From NCBI GenBank assembly GCA_965243135.1, contig OZ251539.1, forward strand, positions 512,001-576,000: DNA of 64,000 nt, in the 5' to 3' direction. Under the pieces are notes generated by a model. It made no database searches and had not been told where the DNA came from. It was given only the letters and a program-made list of their open reading frames with translations. The position numbers were made by a program, and so were the translations under genes. Source of the stretch: Alphaproteobacteria bacterium (GTDB lineage Bacteria > Pseudomonadota > Alphaproteobacteria > MPNO01 > UBA830). Of this stretch, positions 10,284 through 19,816 are shown one piece after another; the stretch's first letter is position 1, and each line of letters starts with the position of its first letter.

Positions 10284-13169
10284 ATGCCACGCACCGGCGA
10301 GCCCACTTTCAACGGTTATTTTGCCGAGGCGCTGCGCAGCAAGCACCCGCAGTGGAAGGACCATCTGGGCGTCGAACAGACGGGCGTCTTTCCCGATGCC
10401 CCCCGCTTGCGACCCGATATTCTCGTCCAGTCGCCCGACGCGCAACCGGTGGCGGTGGAAACGGAGTACGCGCCGGCCGCCACCGTCGAGAGCGACGCTC
10501 AAGCCCGACTCGGCAAAACGCCGCTGGCGTCCGCCGATCCCATCGAACAGGCCGTTGCCGTCCGCATCCCGGACGACCTCCGTCAAGGTCAAGCCAACCT
10601 CGCCGAACGCATCGCCGCCGCCGACTTCGACTACTGCGTGTTTTCCGGCGATCCGGCGTCGCCCGAACGCTGGCCCGAGACGGGCTGGCTCGCCGGCGGC
10701 ATCGACCATGTCGCCCGGTGCATCGAACACGCGATGGTGTCGCAACGCCGCGTCGACGAGAGCATGTCGATACTCGAACGCGGCGTGCTCGTCGCAACCC
10801 GGGCCGTCCATGACGCTGTCGAACTTGGCTTCACGGACATCGAGCGGGATTTCGGCCAGGTCCTCAATCAGCATTCCGGCGAACAGACCAACCGCATGGC
10901 GATGACCATCATCGCCAACGCATTGACCTTTCACGCGGCCATCGCCGGCGTTCACGACATCCCGCCCGTCGCCCGACTCCAGGCCGATTCGCGCGGTTCG
11001 CTCCAGACAGCGCTCCTGGATGCCTGGCGGCGCATTCTTTGCGAGGTCAACTACTGGCCGATTTTCAAGGTGGCTTCGGACCTCCTCGCGCCGATTCGCG
11101 CCGCGACGGCGGAGCGCGTTCTCGGCGCGCTCGCCGACGCGGCGGGCCGGCTCGCCCGTATCGGCGTGACGACCCGCCACGACCTGTCGGGCAGGATGTT
11201 CCAGAACCTGATCGTCGACCGGAAATTCCTGGCGACTTTCTACACCCTGCCGACCAGCGCCGCCCTGCTCGCGGAACTCGCCGTCGCCCGCATGGACGCC
11301 GACTGGACCGATCTCGCCGCCTATCCGAACCTCGCCGTCGCCGACCTCTCCTGCGGCACGGGCACGCTTCTCTCCGCCGCCTATCACGCCGTGCTCGGCC
11401 GGTATCGCCGCGCCGGCGGCGACGACGGCGCGATCCATCGGCGGATGATCGAACGCTCCATCGTCGCGGCGGACATCATGCCCGCCGCCGCGCACCTCTG
11501 CGCCTCGCAGCTGTCGAGCGTCCATCCGGCCGCGGTCTTCGACAACACCCGCGTTTACACGATGCCCTACGGGATCGGCGCAGGCGAGGAACGCGACCGC
11601 GGCGTCGCCATCGGCTCGCTCGATCTGATCGCCGCCGCGCAGACCCGGTCCCTGTTCGCCACCGGACAGCGACAGGCGCGCGGCGCGCAAGGCGACGTCG
11701 AGACGCAGGACATCGAGTTGCCTCACGAGTCGGTCGATCTCGTGATCATGAATCCGCCCTTCACCCGTCCGACCAACCACGAAACCGCCGAGGTCCCCGT
11801 TCCGTCCTTCGCCGGCTTCCGAACCGGCGAGGACGAGCAGCGGGCGATGTCCGCCCGCCTCGCGGACATCCGCCGGGACCTGGAGAATCCCGCCGGCCAC
11901 GGCAATGCCGGCCTCGCGTCGAACTTCATCGATCTCGCGCATGCGAAGGCGAAACCGGACGGAGTGGCGGCGCTGGTCCTGCCCATCGCCGCCATCCAGG
12001 GCAGGTCCTGGCAAGCGGCCCGGGACTTGCTCGTCGACCGGTATGCGGATGTCGCGGTCGTCACCATCGCCGCCTCCGGAAACTTCGATCGCGCGTTCTC
12101 GTCCGACACCGGCATGGCGGAAGCGCTCGTGGTGGCGACGAAACGGCGCGACCGGAACGGCTCGGCCGGGCCGGCGTTGTTCGTGAACCTTCATCGCCGC
12201 CCGGCCGCGCTGCTCGAGGCGGCGGAAATCGCCAAGCTGGTCACGCGATTGCCCAAGACCTCCGCGACGGGCCGGATCCGCGCCGGCGGCCAGTTGCTGG
12301 GAAGCTATATCCGGGCGCCGTTGAGCGAGGGGGGATGCGCCGCCCTGCGCGAGTCGGCGCTCGCCGACGCGATGATGGCGTTGCGGCGGGGAGAGCTACG
12401 GATACCCCGGTACGAGCGGCGCCACGCCGTGCCGGTCGTTCATCTCGGCCAACTGGGCGAACGCGGCCTGCTGGATCGCGATATCGGCAACAAGAACGAC
12501 GGAGAGCCGCCGTTCCGCGGGCCGTTCAAGATCGTTCCGGTTCAGGGCGCGCCCAGCTATCCGGTTCTCTGGAGGCACGATGCCGACCGGGAGCGGCGCA
12601 TGCTGGTGGAGCCGGACAGCGAGGGCGAGACGCGCCCGGGTTGCGAGGATCGGGCCGACGCCGCCTGGCGAACCGCGACGCGGCTCCACTTCAATCGCGA
12701 TTTCCAGCTCAACTCGCAGAGCCTCGCGGCCTGCCTGACGCGGGAGCGCGCGCTCGGCGGCCGGGCATGGCCGAACTTCCGGCTGCACGACGAGCGGTGG
12801 GACGAGGCCGTGGCGCTCTGGTCCAACTGCACGCTCGGATTGATGGCCTTCTGGTGGGCGGGATCGCGCCAGCAGCAAGGCCGGACGGTATTGACGATCT
12901 CCGGCTTGCCGAATCTGACGGTTCTCGATCCGGGGGCGCTGTCGGAAGTCAAGCTTCAACGGGCGGCGAGCATCTTCGAAAGGTTTCGGGACGTTCCCCT
13001 GATGCCGGCGAACGAGGCCTGTCGCGACGCTGTCCGCCAGGATCTGGATCGAGCCGTCCTCGTCGAACTTCTCGAATTGCCCGAAGACATGCTGGAAGCG
13101 TTCGCGAACCTTCGCCTTCAATGGTGCGACGAACCCACCGTGCACGGCGGAAAGCGCCGCGACAGGTAG
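10284..13169 (+). CDS. Fused endonuclease / amino-methyltransferase (Type IIG-like R-M enzyme), copy 1
   Basis: N-terminal RPDILV...VAVETE (PD-(D/E)xK-like), FYT, motif I ADLSCGTGTLL, motif IV IMNPPF, long C-terminal putative target recognition domain. Confidence 0.8.
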   Translation: MPRTGEPTFNGYFAEALRSKHPQWKDHLGVEQTGVFPDAPRLRPDILVQSPDAQPVAVETEYAPAATVESDAQARLGKTPLASADPIEQAVAVRIPDDLRQGQANLAERIAAADFDYCVFSGDPASPERWPETGWLAGGIDHVARCIEHAMVSQRRVDESMSILERGVLVATRAVHDAVELGFTDIERDFGQVLNQHSGEQTNRMAMTIIANALTFHAAIAGVHDIPPVARLQADSRGSLQTALLDAWRRILCEVNYWPIFKVASDLLAPIRAATAERVLGALADAAGRLARIGVTTRHDLSGRMFQNLIVDRKFLATFYTLPTSAALLAELAVARMDADWTDLAAYPNLAVADLSCGTGTLLSAAYHAVLGRYRRAGGDDGAIHRRMIERSIVAADIMPAAAHLCASQLSSVHPAAVFDNTRVYTMPYGIGAGEERDRGVAIGSLDLIAAAQTRSLFATGQRQARGAQGDVETQDIELPHESVDLVIMNPPFTRPTNHETAEVPVPSFAGFRTGEDEQRAMSARLADIRRDLENPAGHGNAGLASNFIDLAHAKAKPDGVAALVLPIAAIQGRSWQAARDLLVDRYADVAVVTIAASGNFDRAFSSDTGMAEALVVATKRRDRNGSAGPALFVNLHRRPAALLEAAEIAKLVTRLPKTSATGRIRAGGQLLGSYIRAPLSEGGCAALRESALADAMMALRRGELRIPRYERRHAVPVVHLGQLGERGLLDRDIGNKNDGEPPFRGPFKIVPVQGAPSYPVLWRHDADRERRMLVEPDSEGETRPGCEDRADAAWRTATRLHFNRDFQLNSQSLAACLTRERALGGRAWPNFRLHDERWDEAVALWSNCTLGLMAFWWAGSRQQQGRTVLTISGLPNLTVLDPGALSEVKLQRAASIFERFRDVPLMPANEACRDAVRQDLDRAVLVELLELPEDMLEAFANLRLQWCDEPTVHGGKRRDR

Positions 13170-13271
13170 TTGTCCTTCCGCATGTAGCTGCCTCCCTCTT
13201 CTCCCCGAGCGCGACTTCATGCTTCCCCGGTCGCCGACCAGGGAACTCAGCCCCGGCGAGGTCGCCGAGGG

Positions 13272-13508
13272 CTACGCACGAACCGCGGAGCGGGTCTGGA
13301 GGAACCCGCGCGAATCCGGAGCGCCGGCGCGATTTTGAAACGACTGGCGGCCGAGACCCGGCCCAGACGACGACAACCCTTCCGCGCCCTCTGCCTCGTC
13401 GCGCCAGCGCCGGAAGGTGCGTTCCGAAACGCCCTCCACCGCCTCCGCCACCTCTTGGAAGCGTTCCAAGAGATCATTTGGTGCCGGACATATTGTCTGT
13501 TACTGACA
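13272..13508 (-). mobile_element. ISNCY/IS1202-like remnant (terminus plus transposase N-terminus)
   Basis: Minus strand from 13508 reads TGTCAGTAACAGACAATATGTCCGG. The downstream fragment GVSERTFRRWRDEAEGAEGL resembles the HTH of these transposases. Confidence 0.6.
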
Positions 13509-13575
13509 GGCGACGCCCCGAAAAGAACTCATGCTCGCCCAGCGTCGGATGAAGGAGTACAACCGTCATGTCTGA
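13507..13575 (+). pseudogene. C-terminal remnant of a RelE/ParE (Gp49-like) toxin
   Basis: QATPRKELMLAQRRMKEYNRHV* overlaps the start of the antitoxin; the 5' part is lost at the IS terminus. Confidence 0.65.
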
Positions 13576-13861
13576 GAAGAACCCACGCGCCGGATCGACG
13601 CTCGAATCCCTGCTCCGGGAAGACGGCCTCTACGAGGATGCGAAAAACTACGCGGTCAAGTCGGTTCTCGCTTACCAGCTGGCGCAGGCGATGGACACGC
13701 AGAGCCTCTCCAAGGCACGCATGGCCGCACGTATGGAAACCAGCCGGTCGCAGCTTGATCGTCTTCTCGATCCGGGAAACGAAGGCGTGACCCTGCACAC
13801 GCTAAAGCGCGTCGGCGCAGCCGTTGGGATGCGCCTCGAGCTCGAACTCCACCAGTCCTGA
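13568..13861 (+). CDS. XRE-family HTH antitoxin (orphan)
   Basis: GSTLESLLREDG...LSKARMAARMETSRSQLDRLLDPGNEGVTLHTL. Confidence 0.85.
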   Translation: MSEKNPRAGSTLESLLREDGLYEDAKNYAVKSVLAYQLAQAMDTQSLSKARMAARMETSRSQLDRLLDPGNEGVTLHTLKRVGAAVGMRLELELHQS

Positions 13862-14184
13862 CCCGCGTTCTCATTCTGTGAGTTGCAGCTTCGCGCATCG
13901 GGCCGTGCGGCGGAGGTTCGGCAAACCGGCGTCGCCCGTGCCGCGGCCGTATTCGCAGGCCATGCTTCGCGGCCTGCTCACACAACGGCGGGCGTGTGTC
14001 CCTCGTCCCGTCAAGGAAATTCGGACCGCCCCCTGCCTCACCAAGCGTGGCGTCGTCGCCTTCAAAGCGAGGAGATCAAGCCCGACATCCTCGTCACGGT
14101 GCAGGTACGCGCGAGTGTAGGACATCGCTACCCTGCGGTACCGCCGCCGTTCCCTGTGCTGTACAGGTGCACCCTGAGCACCTG

Positions 14185-14340
14185 CGCGCTGTTCAAGTTC
14201 AAGGCGGCGGAGCGCGGGAGGGCGGGGATCGCGCAGTTGCGGGAGAAGAGCTATGCGGACAAGTACCGCGGTCCCGGGCGTTCGCTCCATCTCGCGGAGT
14301 TCAGCCGTGCGAAGCGCAACGTCGTCGGCTTGCGAGGCCG
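14185..14340 (+). pseudogene. C-terminal remnant of an AAA-ATPase-associated PD-(D/E)xK nuclease (PDDEXK_9-like)
   Basis: LFKFK...AQLREKSYADKYRGPG..LHL.EFSRAKRNVV matches the family C-terminus; no upstream ORF. Confidence 0.6.
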
Positions 14341-14414
14341 CCTGAACGGCTTCCCGTTCGGACACTTCGGCGGCCGCCTCCGCGAAAGAACGCCGCCCGC
14401 GGTTCGGCCTGCGC

Positions 14415-16360
14415 CAGGGCGAATTTATCTTTCAGCCTAACCTAATGATAATGAAAGGAAAAGGCCGTTCAAGAAGGGGATGAATGAAATACCGACGAGT
14501 AATTTTTTTTCTAGACATTTCCGGTTTTTGCCGCCAATGTGCCGTCCATGAAAAACATGTGGGGGCCGAACGACATCGCCGTTCGGCCGGTGTTCGACCG
14601 GGCCGAACGCGACCGGTGGGACGAGACCGGTGGGACGAGACGATGCGGAAGCATCATTACCTCCAGTTCCGCGGCATGGTCGGCGAGGCGGTGCGGCATG
14701 TCGCCGTGGCTCCGAACGGGGAATGGGTGGCGTTGCTGGGTTGGAAAGCCGGGGCCTGGCGGCTGCGGGCGCGCGAGGGTCGGCTGGACGCCCGAGCAGC
14801 GCGGCCGCCGGTTGCATCTTGTGGCGAACAACGCACGCTTGCTGATTCTTCCGCGTTGGCGGCAACACAACCTGGCGTCCCATATCCCTCAGCACCCAGC
14901 GTCTGTCGGACGACTTTCAGGCGGCATACGGCCATCCAGTCCTGATGGCGGAGACTTTTGTAGATCCGGACCGTTTCGAGGGAATGTGTTACCAGGCGGC
15001 GAACTGGCGAGTCGTTGGGTTCACAAAAGGGTTCGAACGCGGGCGGCGGTTACCGCGAACATGGAACGTCCAGAAAAATGTTCGAGCTGGAAAAGGATGC
15101 CCGCAAGCAACTTTGCATGCTTTCCGATAATAAGATCTGGAAGTGTAAGACATTGAACGTAGACGAGATACCGGATCACGGGGAGTCTGTACGAGTATTT
15201 GAGTACGGTGCCGGACTTCCGAAGTCGTCGTGGTCAGCGCTTTGGCAACGGTTCTCGCGATAGCGGCGCAACTATGCGGGTTTTTCAGTCTGACCGACAT
15301 AGCATACTTTTCCGGGAAGTTGAATCAATCGCAGCTGGCGGAGGTGCGCTCATGGATGAAAGGCGACGGAATCCGGACGGCCCCGAGCTACCTTCCATCG
15401 CGTGCTTTCGAATGTCGACCCGGAAGCCCTTGACAAGGCTTTGCGAGAATGGACCGCACAATACCAGGATCCCAACGGAAGCCTCGACGGGAAATCCGTG
15501 CGCGGAGCGTCACGGCAAGGGGACGGATGTCGTCGGCGCTGTCGAGCATGAAACCGGTTGCGGTCAGGTGAAAGTCGCGGACAAGTCAAACGAGATTCCG
15601 GCTGCGCGAAAATTGTTGCGGAGCATGGAGTTATCCGGGCGTATTGTGACCGCCGATGCCCTCAGGTCGAAACTACCCAGTTGATCTTGGACATGGGAGC
15701 CGACTATGGTTGTCAAGGGCAACCAGAAAACGATACTCGATGAAAGCGCTGGAACGATCAGGAAGTCGGTAAAAGCGAGACGGTCGAAAAACGCACGGTC
15801 GAATCGACACTCGCAATTGTCTGGTCGTCGAACTCGATAAAACCTGGGACGGGTACGTCGAACTGCCCGGACGACGGCAGGCATTCCGTACGCACACGTC
15901 AGAAACTCAGAAAGGCGTCGGGACAACTTCGGAAATCGCTTACGGAGTAACTTCCATCCCGCCGTCGCGCGGAGGACCTGCCGAGATTCTCGCTCGCCGT
16001 CACTGGGAAATCGAGAACCGGCATGTTCGCGACATGACTTACGACGAGGATCGCCGCGGCAACCACGTCGGCAGCAGTGCCCGCGCACTGGCCCGCAACG
16101 CCTCCATCGTTCGGTTGCGCGGACGCTTCGACTATCTGCCGCAGGCTCACCGGCACTACGATTCGCGCCAGGCCGTTCGAGAGCTGACCACCGAGGTCTT
16201 CTGACCCGGTGGCCTCGCCTCTCGCGCCGCTGCCTCGCGCCGTCCGCACCGCTGCCATCTCTTCGCACCGACATCGTCTCGCCGACGCGGATCTCGTGCC
16301 GCTGCTGCCTCCTCGAAGGCGGCGCTTGACAATGATCGCGCCATTCTTGAATTCGCCCTG
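14415..16360 (+). mobile_element. Decayed ISAs1-family element (copy 1, transposase pseudogene)
   Basis: Ends CAGGGCGAATTTA ... TGAATTCGCCCTG. 9-bp target duplication GGCCTGCGC (14406-14414 and 16361-16369). Transposase broken by many small indels relative to copy 2. Confidence 0.92.
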
Positions 16361-16539
16361 GGCCTGCGCTCCGGCGCCTTGACTCGCCGACCAACCCGGC
16401 CCGATAATGACCTCACGGATCGCCTGCGTTGCGCTTCGCAGTTGACAGGGGGAACGGTCAGAGCATCCGCGCACGGGGCCAACACGGAGACCGAGCCGCG
16501 CTATAGTGCGCCCGTACCGCCGTTCGTCAGGAAACCGGC

Positions 16540-19425
16540 ATGCCACGCACCGGCGAGCCCGCCTTCAACGTTTATTTTGCCGAGGCGCTGCGCAGCAAGC
16601 ACCCGCTGTGGAAAGACCATCTGGGCGTCGAACGAACGGGCGTCTTTCCTGACGATCCCCGCCTGCGGCCGGACATTCTCGTCCAGGCGCCCGACGCGCA
16701 ACCGGTGGCGGTGGAAACGGAGTACGCGCCGGCCGCCACCGTCGAGAACGACGCCAGGGCCCGCCTCGGCAAAACGCCGCTGGCGGCCGCCGATCCCATC
16801 GAACAGGCCGTCGCCGTCCGCATCCCGGACGCCCTCCGCCAAGGTCAAGCCAACCTCGCCGAACGCATCGCCGTCGCCGACTTCGACTATTGCGTGTTTT
16901 CCGGCGATCCGGCGTCGCCCGAACGCTGGCCCGAGACGGGCTGGCTCGCCGGCGGCATCGACCATGTCGCCCGGTGCATCGAACACGCGATGGTGTCGCA
17001 ACGCCGCGTCGACGAGGGCATGTCGATACTCGAACGCGGCGTGCGTATCGCAACCCGGGCCGTCCAGGACGCCGGCGAACTGGGCTTCACGGACATCGAG
17101 CGGAACTTCGGCCGCGTCCTCAATCAGCGCGCCGGCGAGCAGACGAACCGCATGGCGATGACCATCATCGCCAACGCATTGACCTTTCATGCGACCATCG
17201 TCGGCGTTCACGACATCCCGCCCGTCGCCCGACTCCAGGCCGATTCGCGCGGTTCGCTCCAGACAGCGCTCCTGGATGCCTGGCGGCGCATTCTTTGCGA
17301 GGTCAACTACTGGCCGATTTTCAAGGTGGCTTCGGACCTCCTCGCGCCGATTCGCGCCGCGACGGCGGAGCGCGTTCTCGGCGCGCTCGCCGACGCGGCG
17401 GGCCGGCTCGCCCGTATCGGCGTGACGACCCGCCACGACCTGTCGGGCAGGATGTTCCAGAACCTGATCGTCGACCGGAAATTCCTGGCGACTTTCTACA
17501 CCCTGCCGACCAGCGCCGCCCTGCTCGCGGAACTCGCCGTCGCCCGCATGGACGCCGACTGGACCGATCTCGCCGCCTATCCGAACCTCGCCGTCGCCGA
17601 CCTCTCCTGCGGCACGGGCACGCTTCTCTCCGCCGCCTATCACGCCGTGCTCGGCCGGTATCGCCGCGCCGGCGGCGACGACGGCGCGATCCATCGGCGG
17701 ATGATCGAACGCTCCATCGTCGCGGCGGACATCATGCCCGCCGCCGCGCACCTCTGCGCCTCGCAGCTGTCGAGCGTCCACCCGGCCGCGGTCTTCGACA
17801 ACACCCGCGTTTACACGATGCCCTACGGGATCGGCGCAGGCGAGGAACGCGACCGCGGCGTCGCCATCGGCTCGCTCGATCTGATCGCCGCCGCGCAGAC
17901 CCGGTCCCTGTTCGCCACCGGACAGCGACAGGCGCGCGGCGCGCAGGGCGACGTCGAGACGCAGGACATCGAGTTGCCTCACGAGTCGGTCGATCTCGTG
18001 ATCATGAATCCGCCCTTCACCCGTCCGACCAACCACGAAACCGCCGAGGTCCCCGTTCCGTCCTTCGCCGGCTTCCGAACCGGCGAGGACGAGCAGCGGG
18101 CGATGTCCGCCCGCCTCGCGGACATCCGCCGGGACCTGGAGAATCCCGCCGGCCACGGCAATGCCGGCCTCGCGTCGAACTTCGTCGATCTCGCGCATGC
18201 GAAGGCGAAACCGGACGGGGTGGCGGCGCTGGTCCTGCCCATCGCCGCCATCCAGGGCAGGTCCTGGCAAGCGGCCCGGGACTTGCTTGTCGACCAATAC
18301 GCGGATGTCGCGGTCGTCACCATCGCCGCCTCCGGAAACTTCGATCGCGCGTTCTCGTCCGACACCGGCATGGCGGAAGCGCTCGTGGTGGCGACGAAAC
18401 GGCGCGACCGGAACGGCTCGGCCGGGCCGGCGTTGTTCGTCAACCTTCATCGCCGCCCGGCCGCGCTGCTCGAAGCCGCGGAGGTCGCCAAGCTGGTCAC
18501 GCGACTGCCGAAGACGTCCGCGACGGGCCGGATCCGCGCCGGCGGCCAGTTGCTGGGAAGCTATATCCGGGCGCCGTTGAGCGAGGGGGGATGCGCCGCC
18601 CTGCGCGAGTCGGCGCTCGCCGACGCGATGATGGCGTTGCGGCGCGGCGAACTGCGGATGCCGCGTTATGCGGAACGCCACTCCATTCCGACCGCCTTGC
18701 TCGGGCAGTTGGGAGAGCGCGGCCTGCTGCATCGCGACATCGGCAATAAAGACGATTCGAAGCCGCCGTTCCGCGGGCCGTTCAAGATCGTTCCGGTTCA
18801 GGGCGCGCCCAGCTATCCGGTCCTCTGGAGGCACGATGCCGACCGGGAACGGCGCATGCTGGTGGAGCCGGACAGCGAGGGCGAGGCGCGCCCGGGTTGC
18901 GACGACCGGGCCGCCGTTGCCTGGCGAACCGCGACGCGGCTCCATTTCACGCTCGATTTCCGGCTCAACTCGCAGAGCCTCGCGGCTTGCCTGACGCGGG
19001 AGCGCGCGCTCGGCGGCCGGGCATGGCCGAACTTCCGGCTGCACGACGAGCGGTGGGACGAGGCCATGGCGCTCTGGTCCAACTGCACGCTCGGATTGAT
19101 GGCCTTCTGGTGGGCGGGATCGCGCCAGCAGCAAGGCCGGACGGTATTGACGATCTCCGGCTTGCCGAATCTGACGGTTCTCGATCCGGGGGCGCTGTCG
19201 GAAGTCAAGCTTCAACGGGCGGCGAGCATCTTCGAAAGGTTTCGGGACGTTCCCCTGATGCCGGCGAACGAGGCCTGTCGCGACGCTGTCCGCCAGGATC
19301 TGGATCGAGCCGTCCTCGTCGAACTTCTCGAATTGCCCGAAGAGATGCTGGAAGCGTTCGCGAACCTTCGCCTTCAATGGTGCGACGAACCCACCGTGCA
19401 CGGCGGGAAGCGCCGCGACGGGTAG
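16540..19425 (+). CDS. Fused endonuclease / amino-methyltransferase (Type IIG-like R-M enzyme), copy 2
   Basis: Same length (961 aa) and motifs as copy 1; substitutions clustered in the N-terminal region and in C-terminal patches. Confidence 0.8.
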   Translation: MPRTGEPAFNVYFAEALRSKHPLWKDHLGVERTGVFPDDPRLRPDILVQAPDAQPVAVETEYAPAATVENDARARLGKTPLAAADPIEQAVAVRIPDALRQGQANLAERIAVADFDYCVFSGDPASPERWPETGWLAGGIDHVARCIEHAMVSQRRVDEGMSILERGVRIATRAVQDAGELGFTDIERNFGRVLNQRAGEQTNRMAMTIIANALTFHATIVGVHDIPPVARLQADSRGSLQTALLDAWRRILCEVNYWPIFKVASDLLAPIRAATAERVLGALADAAGRLARIGVTTRHDLSGRMFQNLIVDRKFLATFYTLPTSAALLAELAVARMDADWTDLAAYPNLAVADLSCGTGTLLSAAYHAVLGRYRRAGGDDGAIHRRMIERSIVAADIMPAAAHLCASQLSSVHPAAVFDNTRVYTMPYGIGAGEERDRGVAIGSLDLIAAAQTRSLFATGQRQARGAQGDVETQDIELPHESVDLVIMNPPFTRPTNHETAEVPVPSFAGFRTGEDEQRAMSARLADIRRDLENPAGHGNAGLASNFVDLAHAKAKPDGVAALVLPIAAIQGRSWQAARDLLVDQYADVAVVTIAASGNFDRAFSSDTGMAEALVVATKRRDRNGSAGPALFVNLHRRPAALLEAAEVAKLVTRLPKTSATGRIRAGGQLLGSYIRAPLSEGGCAALRESALADAMMALRRGELRMPRYAERHSIPTALLGQLGERGLLHRDIGNKDDSKPPFRGPFKIVPVQGAPSYPVLWRHDADRERRMLVEPDSEGEARPGCDDRAAVAWRTATRLHFTLDFRLNSQSLAACLTRERALGGRAWPNFRLHDERWDEAMALWSNCTLGLMAFWWAGSRQQQGRTVLTISGLPNLTVLDPGALSEVKLQRAASIFERFRDVPLMPANEACRDAVRQDLDRAVLVELLELPEEMLEAFANLRLQWCDEPTVHGGKRRDG

Positions 19426-19563
19426 TCATCCTTCTGCCCGGCGTGGCGCCTTGGGCTGAACGGGAGCGACAAGAAGCGCTGAAAAATGCTCGCTGACGAG
19501 AAACCCAGGGCGAATTTATCTTTCAGCATAACCTAATGATAATGCAAGGAAAAGGCCGTTCAA

Positions 19564-19732
19564 GAGCCGTTTGCGCCGTTCCGTTTTTTGTCGGCCTGCC
19601 GCCCAGCCGACGCCCTGCGGACCGCTCCGCCCGCCCGCCGACGGCCCGCAAGGGCCTCGCGGGCGCTCGGTCTTCAGAACAAAAGGCGAGTGTTGCCGCG
19701 CCGCAAGGCGTTGCAGACTGCGCACATGGCTC
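19564..19732. mobile_element. 169-bp MITE-like element nested in IS copy 2
   Basis: Terminal inverted repeats GAGCCGTTTGCGC / GCGCACATGGCTC (11/13), flanked by a TTCAA duplication. IS copy 1 shows the empty site. Confidence 0.7.
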
Positions 19733-19816
19733 TTCAAGAAGGGGGTGAATGACCGAAAATACCGGCGGGTAAATTTTTTCTGGACATTTCCGGTTTTTGC
19801 CGCCAATGTGCCGGCC

